Shown here piece after piece: positions 48,757 to 58,073 of a stretch of DNA of 64,000 nt. Source of the stretch: an uncultured delta proteobacterium (GTDB taxonomy: Bacteria; Myxococcota_A; Polyangia; Polyangiales; Houyiibacteriaceae). The notes beneath the pieces are model-generated. The model saw nothing but the letters and a program-made list of their open reading frames with translations, did not search any database and had not been told where the DNA came from. A program made the position numbers and the translations under genes. How positions within the stretch are numbered: position 1 is the stretch's first letter; the number at the start of each line of letters is the position of its first letter. The stretch is taken from contig CAWBAV010000023.1 of the NCBI GenBank assembly GCA_963786865.1, positions 26,531 through 90,530 of the forward strand, read 5' to 3'.

Positions 48757-49863
48757 TCAGCGCAGGATGCGTAGTCTCTTCGGACCTTCACCCTCGGGCG
48801 CAGATTCTCCTCCACCCCGCTCGAAGTGCTCTTTGGCAACCCGTTCGGCGAGCGCATCGGCCACGGCCGCAAAAGCTTGGGCGGCAGCCGAGGCAGGCGC
48901 CGCCTGGACGATGGGCGTGCCCTGGTCGCCCCATTCGCGCACCAGGGTGTCGACGGGCACCTGACCGAATAGCGGCGCCTCGGCGAACTCGGCGATCTTC
49001 GCGCCGCCTCCGCTGCCAAAGATCTCGTGCTTCACGCCCGCACTGTCGATGAAGTGACTCATGTTTTCGACGACACCGAGGATCGGGACATTGAGCTTCT
49101 TGCACATGGAAACCGATTTGTAGACGTCTTGCAGCGCGACTTCCTGCGGCGTCGTGACGATGATCGCGCCAGTGATGCGGAGCTTCTGTGCGAGCGTCAG
49201 CGCCACATCGCCCGTTCCTGGAGGCGAATCGATGATCAGATAATCGAGCCCACCCCAATCGACGTCAGTCACGAACTGCTGAAGCGCCCCATGGAGCATC
49301 GGACCTCGCCAGACGATCGCTTGCTTCGGATCCTCCAGAAGGAAGCCGATACTCATCAACTTGATTCCAAAGCGCTGAAGTGGCTGAATCCGTTTTCCGT
49401 CTTTGGAAGTGGGCTGCCCTTCGATGCCAAGCATCGTCGGCAGCGACGGTCCGTAGATGTCCGCGTCGAGAAGCCCTACGCGGGTGCCAAGGCGACGAAG
49501 TGCCAACGCGAGATTCGTGGCCACCGTGCTCTTGCCCACGCCGCCCTTGCCACTCATCACCAGGATGACGTTTCGGACCTCTGGAATCGGATCGGTGCTG
49601 GTCGCTTCGCGAGTGGGAACGTTGACCTCGAGCTCGAGCTCGGTGAATTCGATGCCGAGTGGCTCGAGCGCTGCCTTCACTCGCGAATGGAGCGTTCGCC
49701 GCACTTCTTCGGACGGAGAGCTAACACGAATCTTTGCCCAGACGCGCCCGTCTTCGAGCCGGGCATCGATGAGCGTCCCCAAGGCACCGAGTGGCTTCTG
49801 AAAGATCGGGTCTTCGACTCCGCGTAGCGCTTCAGTGACTGCATCGAGGGTAAGGGACCCCAT
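48757..49863 (-). CDS. apbC: Mrp/ApbC/NBP35 Fe-S cluster carrier ATPase
   Basis: N-terminal DUF59-like part, then VMSGKGGVGKSTVATNLA, LLDADIYGPS and DSPPGTGD. Confidence 0.9.
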   Translation of the reverse strand: MGSLTLDAVTEALRGVEDPIFQKPLGALGTLIDARLEDGRVWAKIRVSSPSEEVRRTLHSRVKAALEPLGIEFTELELEVNVPTREATSTDPIPEVRNVILVMSGKGGVGKSTVATNLALALRRLGTRVGLLDADIYGPSLPTMLGIEGQPTSKDGKRIQPLQRFGIKLMSIGFLLEDPKQAIVWRGPMLHGALQQFVTDVDWGGLDYLIIDSPPGTGDVALTLAQKLRITGAIIVTTPQEVALQDVYKSVSMCKKLNVPILGVVENMSHFIDSAGVKHEIFGSGGGAKIAEFAEAPLFGQVPVDTLVREWGDQGTPIVQAAPASAAAQAFAAVADALAERVAKEHFERGGGESAPEGEGPKRLRILR

Positions 49864-49877
49864 CGAAACCTCCAGGT

Positions 49878-51290
49878 TTGGTGAACCGACGTGCTCTAGG
49901 GCGGCGGTTTCTCGCCGTCAAGGTGGACAAACTTCGGTTCACTCTTGGCGGCGGTTATGCTCCCCTGGTGTCGATTTGGGGGCGAAGCTGGGCGGTTCCG
50001 CTCGCGGTCTTTCTACTCTGCTCGGGCGTGTACTGCGCGACCGCCGGCGGCCGACTGTCCCGTCCCTCTCCCAACAACCACTACGTGCGTCTGGCAGATG
50101 CCTGGTTACATGGCCGCCTGGACATCGGGGCGCAGGCACCAGGAACGAACGACTGGGCATGTTTCGACACGCAGGACCGCGGCCCGTGTCCGGTCGGGCG
50201 GTATTCGTTCCCTGCGTCGGAGTCCACTCGCTATCGTTGGTACGTCTCCTTTCCTCCATTGCCGGCGATCTTGCTGCTGCCTCTGGTTGCCGTTTTCGGG
50301 CTGGGCACATTGGACGCGCTCTTCTGGGCCGTCTTCGCGGGGCTCGCACCCATGCTTCTGTTTACAGTCTTGCGTTTCCTGCGCGAGTCGGGACGCAGCC
50401 ACCGTTCGCTTCGCGACGATCTGGTCGTCACCGCGTTGTTTGCGGTTGGCTCGGTTTACTATTTCGTTGCCGTGCAGGGGACGGTTTGGTTTGCGGCGCA
50501 GGTCGTCGCCTCGGCATTCATCTGCCTCTACCTACTGGCATCCTTTGGGGCTCGTCGACCCTCACTGGCAGGTCTGGCTCTCGGCCTCGCGTTCCTCAGC
50601 AGACCGTCGACTCTACTACTCGGTGTCTTCTTCGTGCTGCAAGCGATCACCGCCGCGAGCGAAAGAGGGCGGCCGAGCCCGGCGGCCAGGGCCCAGCTCG
50701 CCAGCAACCTCATCAAGTTTGCGCTGCCCCTGACTCTCTTGGTCGGAGCGGCCATGTGGCATAACGCCGCAAGATTCGATGACCCGCTGGAATTCGGTCA
50801 CCGATTCCTTCAAATCCGCTGGCGTTCACGCATCGAAACCTGGGGTCTGTTCGGGACGCACTACCTGCCGAGGAATTTGACGGTCTTCTTCTTATCCCTG
50901 CCCTGGATCCTCGAGTCCAATCCATTCGTCCGCATCACGCGTCATGGGCTGGCGTTCTGGTTCACTACGCCAAACCTCCTCTGGAGCCTATTCCCGAAGA
51001 AGCTCGATTCCACGATCGTGGCACTTTGGGCGGCCGTCTTGCCCACCGCGATCTGTACATTGCTCTATCAGAACACGGGGTGGGTTCAGTTCGGGTATCG
51101 GTTTGCCCTCGACTACCTACCGCTCCTGTTCGTCCTCATCTCGCTCGGTGGGCGACGTCTAGGCGCCGCATTTCTCGGTTGCGCCGCCCTTGCAGTCTCG
51201 ATCAACACCTTCGGTGCCGTCACCTTCGACCGATATCATCAGTTCTATGACGATGACCTCAGTCAGGAGGTCATCTTTCAGCCGGATTGA
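49878..51290 (+). CDS. Polytopic membrane protein, GT-C (ArnT/PMT-like) glycosyltransferase fold suspected
   Basis: More than 10 predicted TM helices. The first extracytoplasmic loop contains an acidic DxD-like segment (HYVRLADAWLHGRLDIG...NDWACFDTQD). The TTG start is uncertain. Confidence 0.5.
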   Translation: MVNRRALGRRFLAVKVDKLRFTLGGGYAPLVSIWGRSWAVPLAVFLLCSGVYCATAGGRLSRPSPNNHYVRLADAWLHGRLDIGAQAPGTNDWACFDTQDRGPCPVGRYSFPASESTRYRWYVSFPPLPAILLLPLVAVFGLGTLDALFWAVFAGLAPMLLFTVLRFLRESGRSHRSLRDDLVVTALFAVGSVYYFVAVQGTVWFAAQVVASAFICLYLLASFGARRPSLAGLALGLAFLSRPSTLLLGVFFVLQAITAASERGRPSPAARAQLASNLIKFALPLTLLVGAAMWHNAARFDDPLEFGHRFLQIRWRSRIETWGLFGTHYLPRNLTVFFLSLPWILESNPFVRITRHGLAFWFTTPNLLWSLFPKKLDSTIVALWAAVLPTAICTLLYQNTGWVQFGYRFALDYLPLLFVLISLGGRRLGAAFLGCAALAVSINTFGAVTFDRYHQFYDDDLSQEVIFQPD

Positions 51291-52183
51291 TCGGCTCGCT
51301 CCAGCAGCTGTTTGGCGAGTGGACTTGCCGGACCACGCGGCAGCATGACCCTCTCGAGTCCCGCGCGTCCCGCCTCACCTCGAAGCGATTCCAGCTCCTC
51401 GAGCGCCGCGGCGGTCTTACCCTGCTCGGCAAGGATGTGCGCACGGACCAGACGGTGTGAAGCCCTGAGAGAAGGGTTCTCCTGCGTATCCTGTCTTCCG
51501 AGGTGTGCCAGCGCTTCGTGTGACTGCCCGCGCACAGCCATGAGCAGCGCTTCCATCGCTACCAACCAGACTTCGATGTCGCCTTCCGCGGGTCGGCGAA
51601 TTCGGTCTATCGCTTGCTGCGCAGCATCCACATCGTCGAACTGAAGCTCGCAAGTCGCGAGGGCTTGATTGCGAAGAACGGTCTGCGATTCCGACAGAGC
51701 GCCTGGGTCGAGGCTCCTCAAGCGATCCCGCGCCTCCGTCCACATCCCCGCTTGCGTCAGAGGGCCGGCCGCCATCAAGACCAAGGCGGCGTACCGCCGT
51801 TCGTCCTTGCGACGCGCTGCATCGAGAAGCCGGTCGAGCGCGGGGGCTGCGATTGACCGCGCATCGTCTTCCCTGAGGCGTTGGCAAAGCACGGAAAGTC
51901 CACGAACGTATCGCATCCTCCGGGCCGAGTTGAGCAAGAGGATCAAGGCAACCGCCCCGCCGAGGGGGCCGGCAATACGATGGATGTCGGCCTGGTCGAG
52001 AGGCGTGACTCGAAGTGCAAATAGAGCAAGGACGCCGATGAATGTCGCGGTGAGCGCCCCGCCGATGAACGAGCGCAGCACCGTGGCAATCGACAGCAGG
52101 CTGAATGGCACCCCCCAAACCCAGCCATGGACGAACGGCGCTGCCAATCCCACCAGCATCGCCACGATCAGCGTGAGAGCCAT
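51278..52183 (-). CDS. Membrane protein with helical-repeat (TPR-like) C-terminal domain
   Basis: Three or four N-terminal TM helices followed by an Ala/Leu-rich helical region. The start lies 3 nt after the SLT gene stop. Confidence 0.5.
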   Translation of the reverse strand: MALTLIVAMLVGLAAPFVHGWVWGVPFSLLSIATVLRSFIGGALTATFIGVLALFALRVTPLDQADIHRIAGPLGGAVALILLLNSARRMRYVRGLSVLCQRLREDDARSIAAPALDRLLDAARRKDERRYAALVLMAAGPLTQAGMWTEARDRLRSLDPGALSESQTVLRNQALATCELQFDDVDAAQQAIDRIRRPAEGDIEVWLVAMEALLMAVRGQSHEALAHLGRQDTQENPSLRASHRLVRAHILAEQGKTAAALEELESLRGEAGRAGLERVMLPRGPASPLAKQLLERADQSG

Positions 52184-52186
52184 GGG

Positions 52187-52828
52187 CTAAGGTGTGCTCT
52201 CCGCGCGATAGGCGTAGTAGTGCTTGAGGACGCGGCGAACGTACCGCTGAGTTTCTTTGTACGGAGGGATCCCGGCGTACTTCTCGACGGCGCCTTCGCC
52301 GGCGTTGTATGCCGCCACCGTCAAGACCAAATCGCCCTTGAACCGGTTGGCGAGGATTCGGAGATACCGCGCACCGCCGAGAATGTTTTGACGCACGTCG
52401 AAGGGATCGGATACGCCCATGGATCTCGCGGTCATGGGCATTAGCTGCATCAGGCCCATCGCACCGGCACGGCTGACGACCATGGGATTGAAGTCGCTTT
52501 CGACGCGCATGACGGCGCGAATGAACGATTTGGGAAGCTCGTACAATTGCGCCGCTTCGTCGATCAGCCCGTTGTAGCGACTGTAGCGAGCTGGGTCTCT
52601 CGAACGGTCGGTGCTCGATGCATTGGGCTTCTGCTTGCTCGCAGTCGCGTGCTTCGGCTTCTTGCTCCCGCGCACCACGAGCTGACAGCCGCGACCTGCT
52701 TCCCGAATGTTCGTATAGTGCTGCGTGCCGTCCGCACGCTTGCAACGATAGATGTCGGCGCTCGCCGACGTCGCAGACCCCGCCACGAGGCCCACCACAC
52801 TCATCGCCGTCAGCAGTCGCGCAACCAT
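52187..52828 (-). CDS. Lytic transglycosylase (SLT domain) with DUF4124-like N-terminus
   Basis: Signal MVARLLTAMSVVGLVAGSATSASA, then DIYRCKRADGTQHYTN, catalytic VMRVESDFNP, GLMQLMP and AAYNAGEGAV. Confidence 0.8.
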   Translation of the reverse strand: MVARLLTAMSVVGLVAGSATSASADIYRCKRADGTQHYTNIREAGRGCQLVVRGSKKPKHATASKQKPNASSTDRSRDPARYSRYNGLIDEAAQLYELPKSFIRAVMRVESDFNPMVVSRAGAMGLMQLMPMTARSMGVSDPFDVRQNILGGARYLRILANRFKGDLVLTVAAYNAGEGAVEKYAGIPPYKETQRYVRRVLKHYYAYRAESTP

Positions 52829-53002
52829 CACCCGAAGTGTATCTCTGGGCCCGAAGTCGCGCCAAAAGGCACGACTCTCGCCTGCGCTCGCAGCGATTCC
52901 TTCCGGTTTCGACTGACGGGACAATGGCCCGGGCGCCTGAGATCTCGGTCGGGAATAAACCTCGTGTCGCGCGGTCACTCGGCCTGGTAGACTCCAGCAT
53001 TC

Positions 53003-54613
53003 ATGCGAGCGGAATGCGACTACCTGGTGTTGGGTAGTGGAGTAGCTGGGTTGAGCTTCGCGCTGGAGGCTGCACGGCATAGTCGCGTGATGGTCGTCAC
53101 CAAACGCAGCCGAACGGACTCGGCCACCAATTGGGCCCAAGGCGGCATCGCGGCGGTACTCGATCCGACCGATTCATTCGAGTCGCACGTGCGCGACACG
53201 ATGAGCACGGGGGGTGGTCTTGCGCATCGCGACATCGTCGAGATGGTCGTTCGTGATGGCCCGAGCCGGATTCACGAGCTCATGAGCCTCGGGGCGAGAT
53301 TCAGTCGCCGCGACGAAGGGCGCGAGTTGGACCTCACCAGAGAGGGCGGTCACAGCGCCCGACGCGTCGTGCATGCGGGCGACATCACGGGCGAAGAGGT
53401 ACAACGCGTGCTGGTCCAGGCGGCCGCCGCCTCGCCGAACATCGAGATAGCCGAAGATCACATGGCGATCGATCTCGTCGAGGCGTCGAAGTTCGGTGGG
53501 CCACGCCGCGTCGCGGGAGCATATGTTCTAGACGAGAGCACCGGAGAGGTTAAGACCTTCCTCGCGCGCGCTACCGTCCTAGCGACCGGTGGTGCCGGGA
53601 AAGTGTACCTCTACACTTCGAACCCGGACGTCGCGACTGGGGACGGGGTCGCAATGGCTTATCGCGCCGGCGCCGAGCTCGCGAACATGGAGTTTTTTCA
53701 GTTTCACCCGACCTGCCTGTTTCACCCGGAAGCCAAGAGCTTCTTGATCAGTGAGGCTCTCAGAGGAGAGGGGGGCATCCTTCGCCTGCGGAACGGTGAG
53801 GCGTTCATGGAACGGCATCACGATATGAAAGACTTGGCGCCACGCGACGTGGTCGCACGCGCGATCGACTTCGAGATGAAGCGGAGGGGCGACGACTGCA
53901 CGTATCTCGACATGACCCACAAGCCCGCGGAGTTCATCATCGACCGTTTTCCAAACATCTATGCGCGATGCCTTGAGTACGGAATCGACATGACGAAGGA
54001 AGCCATCCCGGTCGTCCCAGCAGCGCATTACATGTGCGGAGGGGTCGTGGTGGATGACGAGGGATGCTCGACGCTTCCTGGCCTTTGGGCTGTGGGCGAG
54101 GTGACATGCACCGGTCTCCACGGCGCCAATCGGCTCGCGTCCAATTCGCTTCTCGAAGGACTGGTCTACGGGCACCGCACTGCCATCGCGGCGCGCAAGG
54201 CCCTGAGCTCATTGCCCATGGTGGCCCATGACGATGTGGCCGACTGGGATCCGGGCGAAGCGGTTCCGAGTGACGAGGCCGTCGTCGTCTCCCAGAATTG
54301 GGACGAGATACGTCGATTCATGTGGAACTATGTCGGGATCGTTCGCACCGATCGGCGCTTGCGCCGCGCGGCGCGTCGCATTTCCATGCTGCAGGAGGAG
54401 ATCCGGGAGTACTACTGGGCTCACCTCGTGAACCGCGACATGCTCGAGCTGCGAAACATAGCCGACGTGGCCGAGCTGATCATCCGTTGCGCAGCTGCAC
54501 GCCGCGAGAGTCGTGGGCTGCATTACAATTTGGATTATCCGCACGCCGGCGAAGAGTGGAGAGGGGACACCAGAATCTCAAGGAACAGTGCCCCCTATAT
54601 CGCTCACGAATGA
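53003..54613 (+). CDS. nadB: L-aspartate oxidase
   Basis: CDYLVLGSGVAGLSFA (FAD), WAQGGIAA, ATGGAGKVY, and HYMCGGVVVD...GLHGANRLASNSLLE. Confidence 0.9.
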   Translation: MRAECDYLVLGSGVAGLSFALEAARHSRVMVVTKRSRTDSATNWAQGGIAAVLDPTDSFESHVRDTMSTGGGLAHRDIVEMVVRDGPSRIHELMSLGARFSRRDEGRELDLTREGGHSARRVVHAGDITGEEVQRVLVQAAAASPNIEIAEDHMAIDLVEASKFGGPRRVAGAYVLDESTGEVKTFLARATVLATGGAGKVYLYTSNPDVATGDGVAMAYRAGAELANMEFFQFHPTCLFHPEAKSFLISEALRGEGGILRLRNGEAFMERHHDMKDLAPRDVVARAIDFEMKRRGDDCTYLDMTHKPAEFIIDRFPNIYARCLEYGIDMTKEAIPVVPAAHYMCGGVVVDDEGCSTLPGLWAVGEVTCTGLHGANRLASNSLLEGLVYGHRTAIAARKALSSLPMVAHDDVADWDPGEAVPSDEAVVVSQNWDEIRRFMWNYVGIVRTDRRLRRAARRISMLQEEIREYYWAHLVNRDMLELRNIADVAELIIRCAAARRESRGLHYNLDYPHAGEEWRGDTRISRNSAPYIAHE

Positions 54614-54682
54614 GCATCCATGTTTTCCCACTGCTAGTTTGTAGGGACGCGCTCCGCGCGCGTTCTTGCATCCGGGGGAAAG

Positions 54683-55453
54683 ATGCGTGTCCTTCTTGTC
54701 CTAGCAGTTTCACTGTCATGCCTCGTCGCCACGGTCGACGTCGACGCACAGAGCTCCAAGTCGCGCGACGCGCGCATCGCCGAGGCGAAGAAGGCCTTCT
54801 CGATTGGTACCCAAGCCTACGGGGACGGTGACTTCGACACGGCACTGGCAAGCTTCCGGCGAGCCTACGAGCTCACGGCAAGCGCGGACCTTCTCTTCAA
54901 CGTCGCAACGGTCGCGGATCGCATGCGCCGCGACGACGAAGCCCTAGAAGCCTACGAAGCGTATCTGAGCGCGCGACCAGACTCCGCGGACAAGGAGCAC
55001 GTGGAGGGGCGAATCGAGGCCTTGCGTGCGGCGATCGAAGAGCGTCGACGAGCCGAGATCGAGGCCGACATCGAGGCGGAGAGGGCTGCGGTCGAGGCGG
55101 CGGCCAAGGTCAGGGCCGAGCGACCTCTCACGCAGCACGTTGGACCCGGACCAGGACCTTGGATCACCATTGGTGCAAGTGGCGCGGCAGTGGTTAGCGG
55201 CGCGGTGCTTCTCGGGATGGGGCAGCGAAACCAGAACGAGGTCGAGAATGCCACTCCCGGGTCGAGCTATTCCACGGTTCAAGATGCTGCCGACCGCGGT
55301 CCACGACTCTCCAAAGCGGGCATTGCGCTCTTGAGTGTCGGCGGCGCCGGCATAATCGGTGGAGTTATCTGGCAGCTCACCGGCGGCCATGACGAAGCGC
55401 TCCCGGAGATAAGCATCGGGCCGACCGGCATCTCAGTGAAAGGAAGATTCTGA
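54683..55453 (+). CDS. Secreted or membrane-anchored TPR-repeat protein
   Basis: Signal MRVLLVLAVSLSCLVATVDVDAQ, TPR-like AYGDGDFDTALASFRRAYE, and two C-terminal hydrophobic helices. Confidence 0.6.
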   Translation: MRVLLVLAVSLSCLVATVDVDAQSSKSRDARIAEAKKAFSIGTQAYGDGDFDTALASFRRAYELTASADLLFNVATVADRMRRDDEALEAYEAYLSARPDSADKEHVEGRIEALRAAIEERRRAEIEADIEAERAAVEAAAKVRAERPLTQHVGPGPGPWITIGASGAAVVSGAVLLGMGQRNQNEVENATPGSSYSTVQDAADRGPRLSKAGIALLSVGGAGIIGGVIWQLTGGHDEALPEISIGPTGISVKGRF

Positions 55454-56742
55454 TGCGCCTGCGATTCACGTGGATCGTCGCGATCCTTGCCCTGGGCGGT
55501 TGCGGCCTCACAATCCCCAATGGTCTATTCGGCTGCGGTCAGCCGTCGGACTGTCCGACTGGTTATTTCTGCTGGGGCAGCGACAGCCGTTGCTACGACA
55601 CCAAGGAACCGGAATGTGTCCCCAAGACCTGCGACCAGGTGATCGCCGATTTCGCGGACCTCGGTATTTCCATCGAATGTGGTGCTCTTCCGGATGGTTG
55701 CGATGACTCGATCCAATGCGGCAGTTGTCCTCCGGGCACGGCCTGTGGAGCAAACGGTCAGAATTTCGCCTGCGGATGCGAAGAGAACAGTTGTTCTAGC
55801 TACGGGAGCGGCGCGGAGTGCGGCATCGTCCCGACCCGTTGCGGCGGTCAGGCCGAGTCGATCTTCTGCGGTGATTGCCTTGGAGACGGATTCGTCTGCA
55901 TCGAGAACCAATGTGTCTGTCCTCCTGGAGTCGATTGCGATGGTGGTTGTGGAGGCAGTTGCGGCGCTGGCGAGGTCTGCGTCGGCGGCGAGTGCTGCGC
56001 GCCGAGCTACCCCTGTGCGCAAAACGAATGCTCACCGCCAGGCGGGCTTCCCAACGGATGCGGCGGGTTCACCCAGTGCCCCTCCTGCGGCAACGGCGAA
56101 GACTGTGTCCTGTCCGACAATCTCCGTTACGAATGCCTTGGTGACTGCACATGCGAGGCCAAGGGAGTCGAATGCGGAAGCGCGAGCATATGTGGGTCAC
56201 CGACCCTGTGCGGAACCTGCGCGGACAACGGCTTCGGACCGGGGTACCACTGCGAAAGTGGACTCTGCGTCTGTGAAGACCCTTTCGAGTACAACGACAC
56301 GTTCGACACCTTCGCCCTCATTTGCGACGCGAGCCTCGGCACCAACTGCATGCAACCGGCATGGAGCGTCGACATTCAAGCTACGCTCCACGATTCCAAG
56401 GACGTGGACTACTACGCCTTGCGGGTGCTCGATGCCCGAACCCCCGTCATCGCTCAAACCTACAATGGCGCCAGCGCTAGGGTCCTCTACCTGACCTATC
56501 TCTGCCCCGATGGATTCGATGGTCTCGACAAGTGCTCAGGCTCTCTGGAGAAGATCGACGGGATCGAGTTCTGCATCGCCGGGGGCGATTGGATCGGCAT
56601 CGAACGGTCGTGCGGCGGCGACGAGAGCTCACAAGAAGGGACGGTTCTGGTCGGGGTCCAGTCTCGCGAATTCCAGGGTGAGTGCGATCCCTATGGCTTG
56701 AAGGTCCTCGCCACCTACGGCGCGGAGATCCCAGAGCTCTGA
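55453..56742 (+). CDS. Cys-rich lipoprotein with C-terminal beta-sandwich (pre-peptidase-like) domain
   Basis: Signal MRLRFTWIVAILALGGC. About 50 Cys occur in repeated CG..C..C modules (CGSCPPGTACG, CGDCLGDGFVC, CPSCGNGEDC, CGTCADNGFG). The start overlaps the preceding stop (TGATG). Confidence 0.65.
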   Translation: MRLRFTWIVAILALGGCGLTIPNGLFGCGQPSDCPTGYFCWGSDSRCYDTKEPECVPKTCDQVIADFADLGISIECGALPDGCDDSIQCGSCPPGTACGANGQNFACGCEENSCSSYGSGAECGIVPTRCGGQAESIFCGDCLGDGFVCIENQCVCPPGVDCDGGCGGSCGAGEVCVGGECCAPSYPCAQNECSPPGGLPNGCGGFTQCPSCGNGEDCVLSDNLRYECLGDCTCEAKGVECGSASICGSPTLCGTCADNGFGPGYHCESGLCVCEDPFEYNDTFDTFALICDASLGTNCMQPAWSVDIQATLHDSKDVDYYALRVLDARTPVIAQTYNGASARVLYLTYLCPDGFDGLDKCSGSLEKIDGIEFCIAGGDWIGIERSCGGDESSQEGTVLVGVQSREFQGECDPYGLKVLATYGAEIPEL

Positions 56743-56868
56743 TCGCCAGTTCAACCCCGAACTGCGGCCCAGACGGCGGTCACGCCGGACCGTTCTCCCG
56801 ATGGAGCGCCCGATCCATCGGGGTCTGATTGACTCACGGAGCGGTCGCAGATAAGAGGCAACGCCAAG

Positions 56869-58038
56869 ATGAGCAATTATCTGTTCACATCCGAGTCGGT
56901 GACCGAAGGTCACCCAGACAAAATCTGCGACAAAGTCAGCGATTCCCTTCTCGACGCGTACCTCGAACAAGATCCGAAGTCGCGCGTTGCGTTGGAGACC
57001 ATGGTCAAGACGGGTTTCGTGGTCTGCGGGGGCGAGGTTACCTCGAAAGCCGTTGTCGAAATCCCGAAGATCGTGCGCAAGGCGATTTCCGAGATCGGCT
57101 ACACCGATTCTTCCATGGGCTTCGATGCAGAGACCTGCGGAGTTCTGGCCGCGGTCGAGCAGCAGTCGCCTGACATCGCGCGAGGCGTCGACTCGAGCGC
57201 AACCAAAGAGCAAGGTGCTGGCGATCAGGGCTTGATGTTTGGTTACGCAGTCAACGAGACGCCCCAGTTGATGCCCATGCCCATCGACCTCTCGCACAAG
57301 CTGGCCCGCAAGCTGACGCACGTGCGCAAGAAGAACATCATCGATGGGCTACGCCCGGATGGGAAGACTCAGGTCACGGTCGAGTACGAGAATGACAAGC
57401 CTAAGCGCTTCGATGCGATCGTCGTTTCTACGCAGCACGCAGCGAGCGTCAAGCAGAGCATCCTCAGAGAAGCGATCATCGAGGAGGTCATCACACCGAC
57501 GCTTCCGAAAAAGATGATCGACAACAAGACCAAAATCCACATCAACCCGACCGGTCGCTTCGTCGTTGGCGGTCCCTTCGGCGATGCCGGTCTGACGGGC
57601 CGCAAGATCATCGTGGACACCTACGGCGGGATGGGCCGGCATGGCGGCGGCGCGTTCAGTGGAAAGGACCCCTCCAAAGTCGACCGCAGTGCCGCGTACT
57701 TCGCTAGATACGTGGCGAAGAACATCGTGGCAGCCAAGGTTGCGTCTCGATGCGAGGTCCAGGTGGCCTATGCCATCGGCGTCGCAAGGCCCATGGGCGT
57801 CTACGTGACGACGTTTGGCACGGGTGTGGTTCCTGACGAGCAGATAAGCGCGGCGGTTTGCAAGCTGTTCGATTTTCGGCCCGCCGCCATCGTCGAGACG
57901 CTCGATCTTCTGCGCCCCATCTACGCGCCAACCGCGGCCTACGGCCATTTCGGTCGCACCGAGAAGACGTTCACCTGGGAGCGCACCGATCGTGCCGATG
58001 AGATCCGCAGCGCGCTCGTACCCAAACGCGGGCGTTAG
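56869..58038 (+). CDS. metK: S-adenosylmethionine synthetase
   Basis: [28 protein letters not shown], and [28 protein letters not shown]. Confidence 0.95.
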   Translation: MSNYLFTSESVTEGHPDKICDKVSDSLLDAYLEQDPKSRVALETMVKTGFVVCGGEVTSKAVVEIPKIVRKAISEIGYTDSSMGFDAETCGVLAAVEQQSPDIARGVDSSATKEQGAGDQGLMFGYAVNETPQLMPMPIDLSHKLARKLTHVRKKNIIDGLRPDGKTQVTVEYENDKPKRFDAIVVSTQHAASVKQSILREAIIEEVITPTLPKKMIDNKTKIHINPTGRFVVGGPFGDAGLTGRKIIVDTYGGMGRHGGGAFSGKDPSKVDRSAAYFARYVAKNIVAAKVASRCEVQVAYAIGVARPMGVYVTTFGTGVVPDEQISAAVCKLFDFRPAAIVETLDLLRPIYAPTAAYGHFGRTEKTFTWERTDRADEIRSALVPKRGR

Positions 58039-58073
58039 GGTACCGGTGCTCGCTGCGCTACACTCGTCGCACC

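Noticed and set aside
56743-56868. SAM-I/SAM-II riboswitch upstream of metK.
   Set aside because: I could not find the conserved SAM-I core or the SAM-II pseudoknot consensus by eye. Only a simple hairpin is present, and it is reported separately at low interest.
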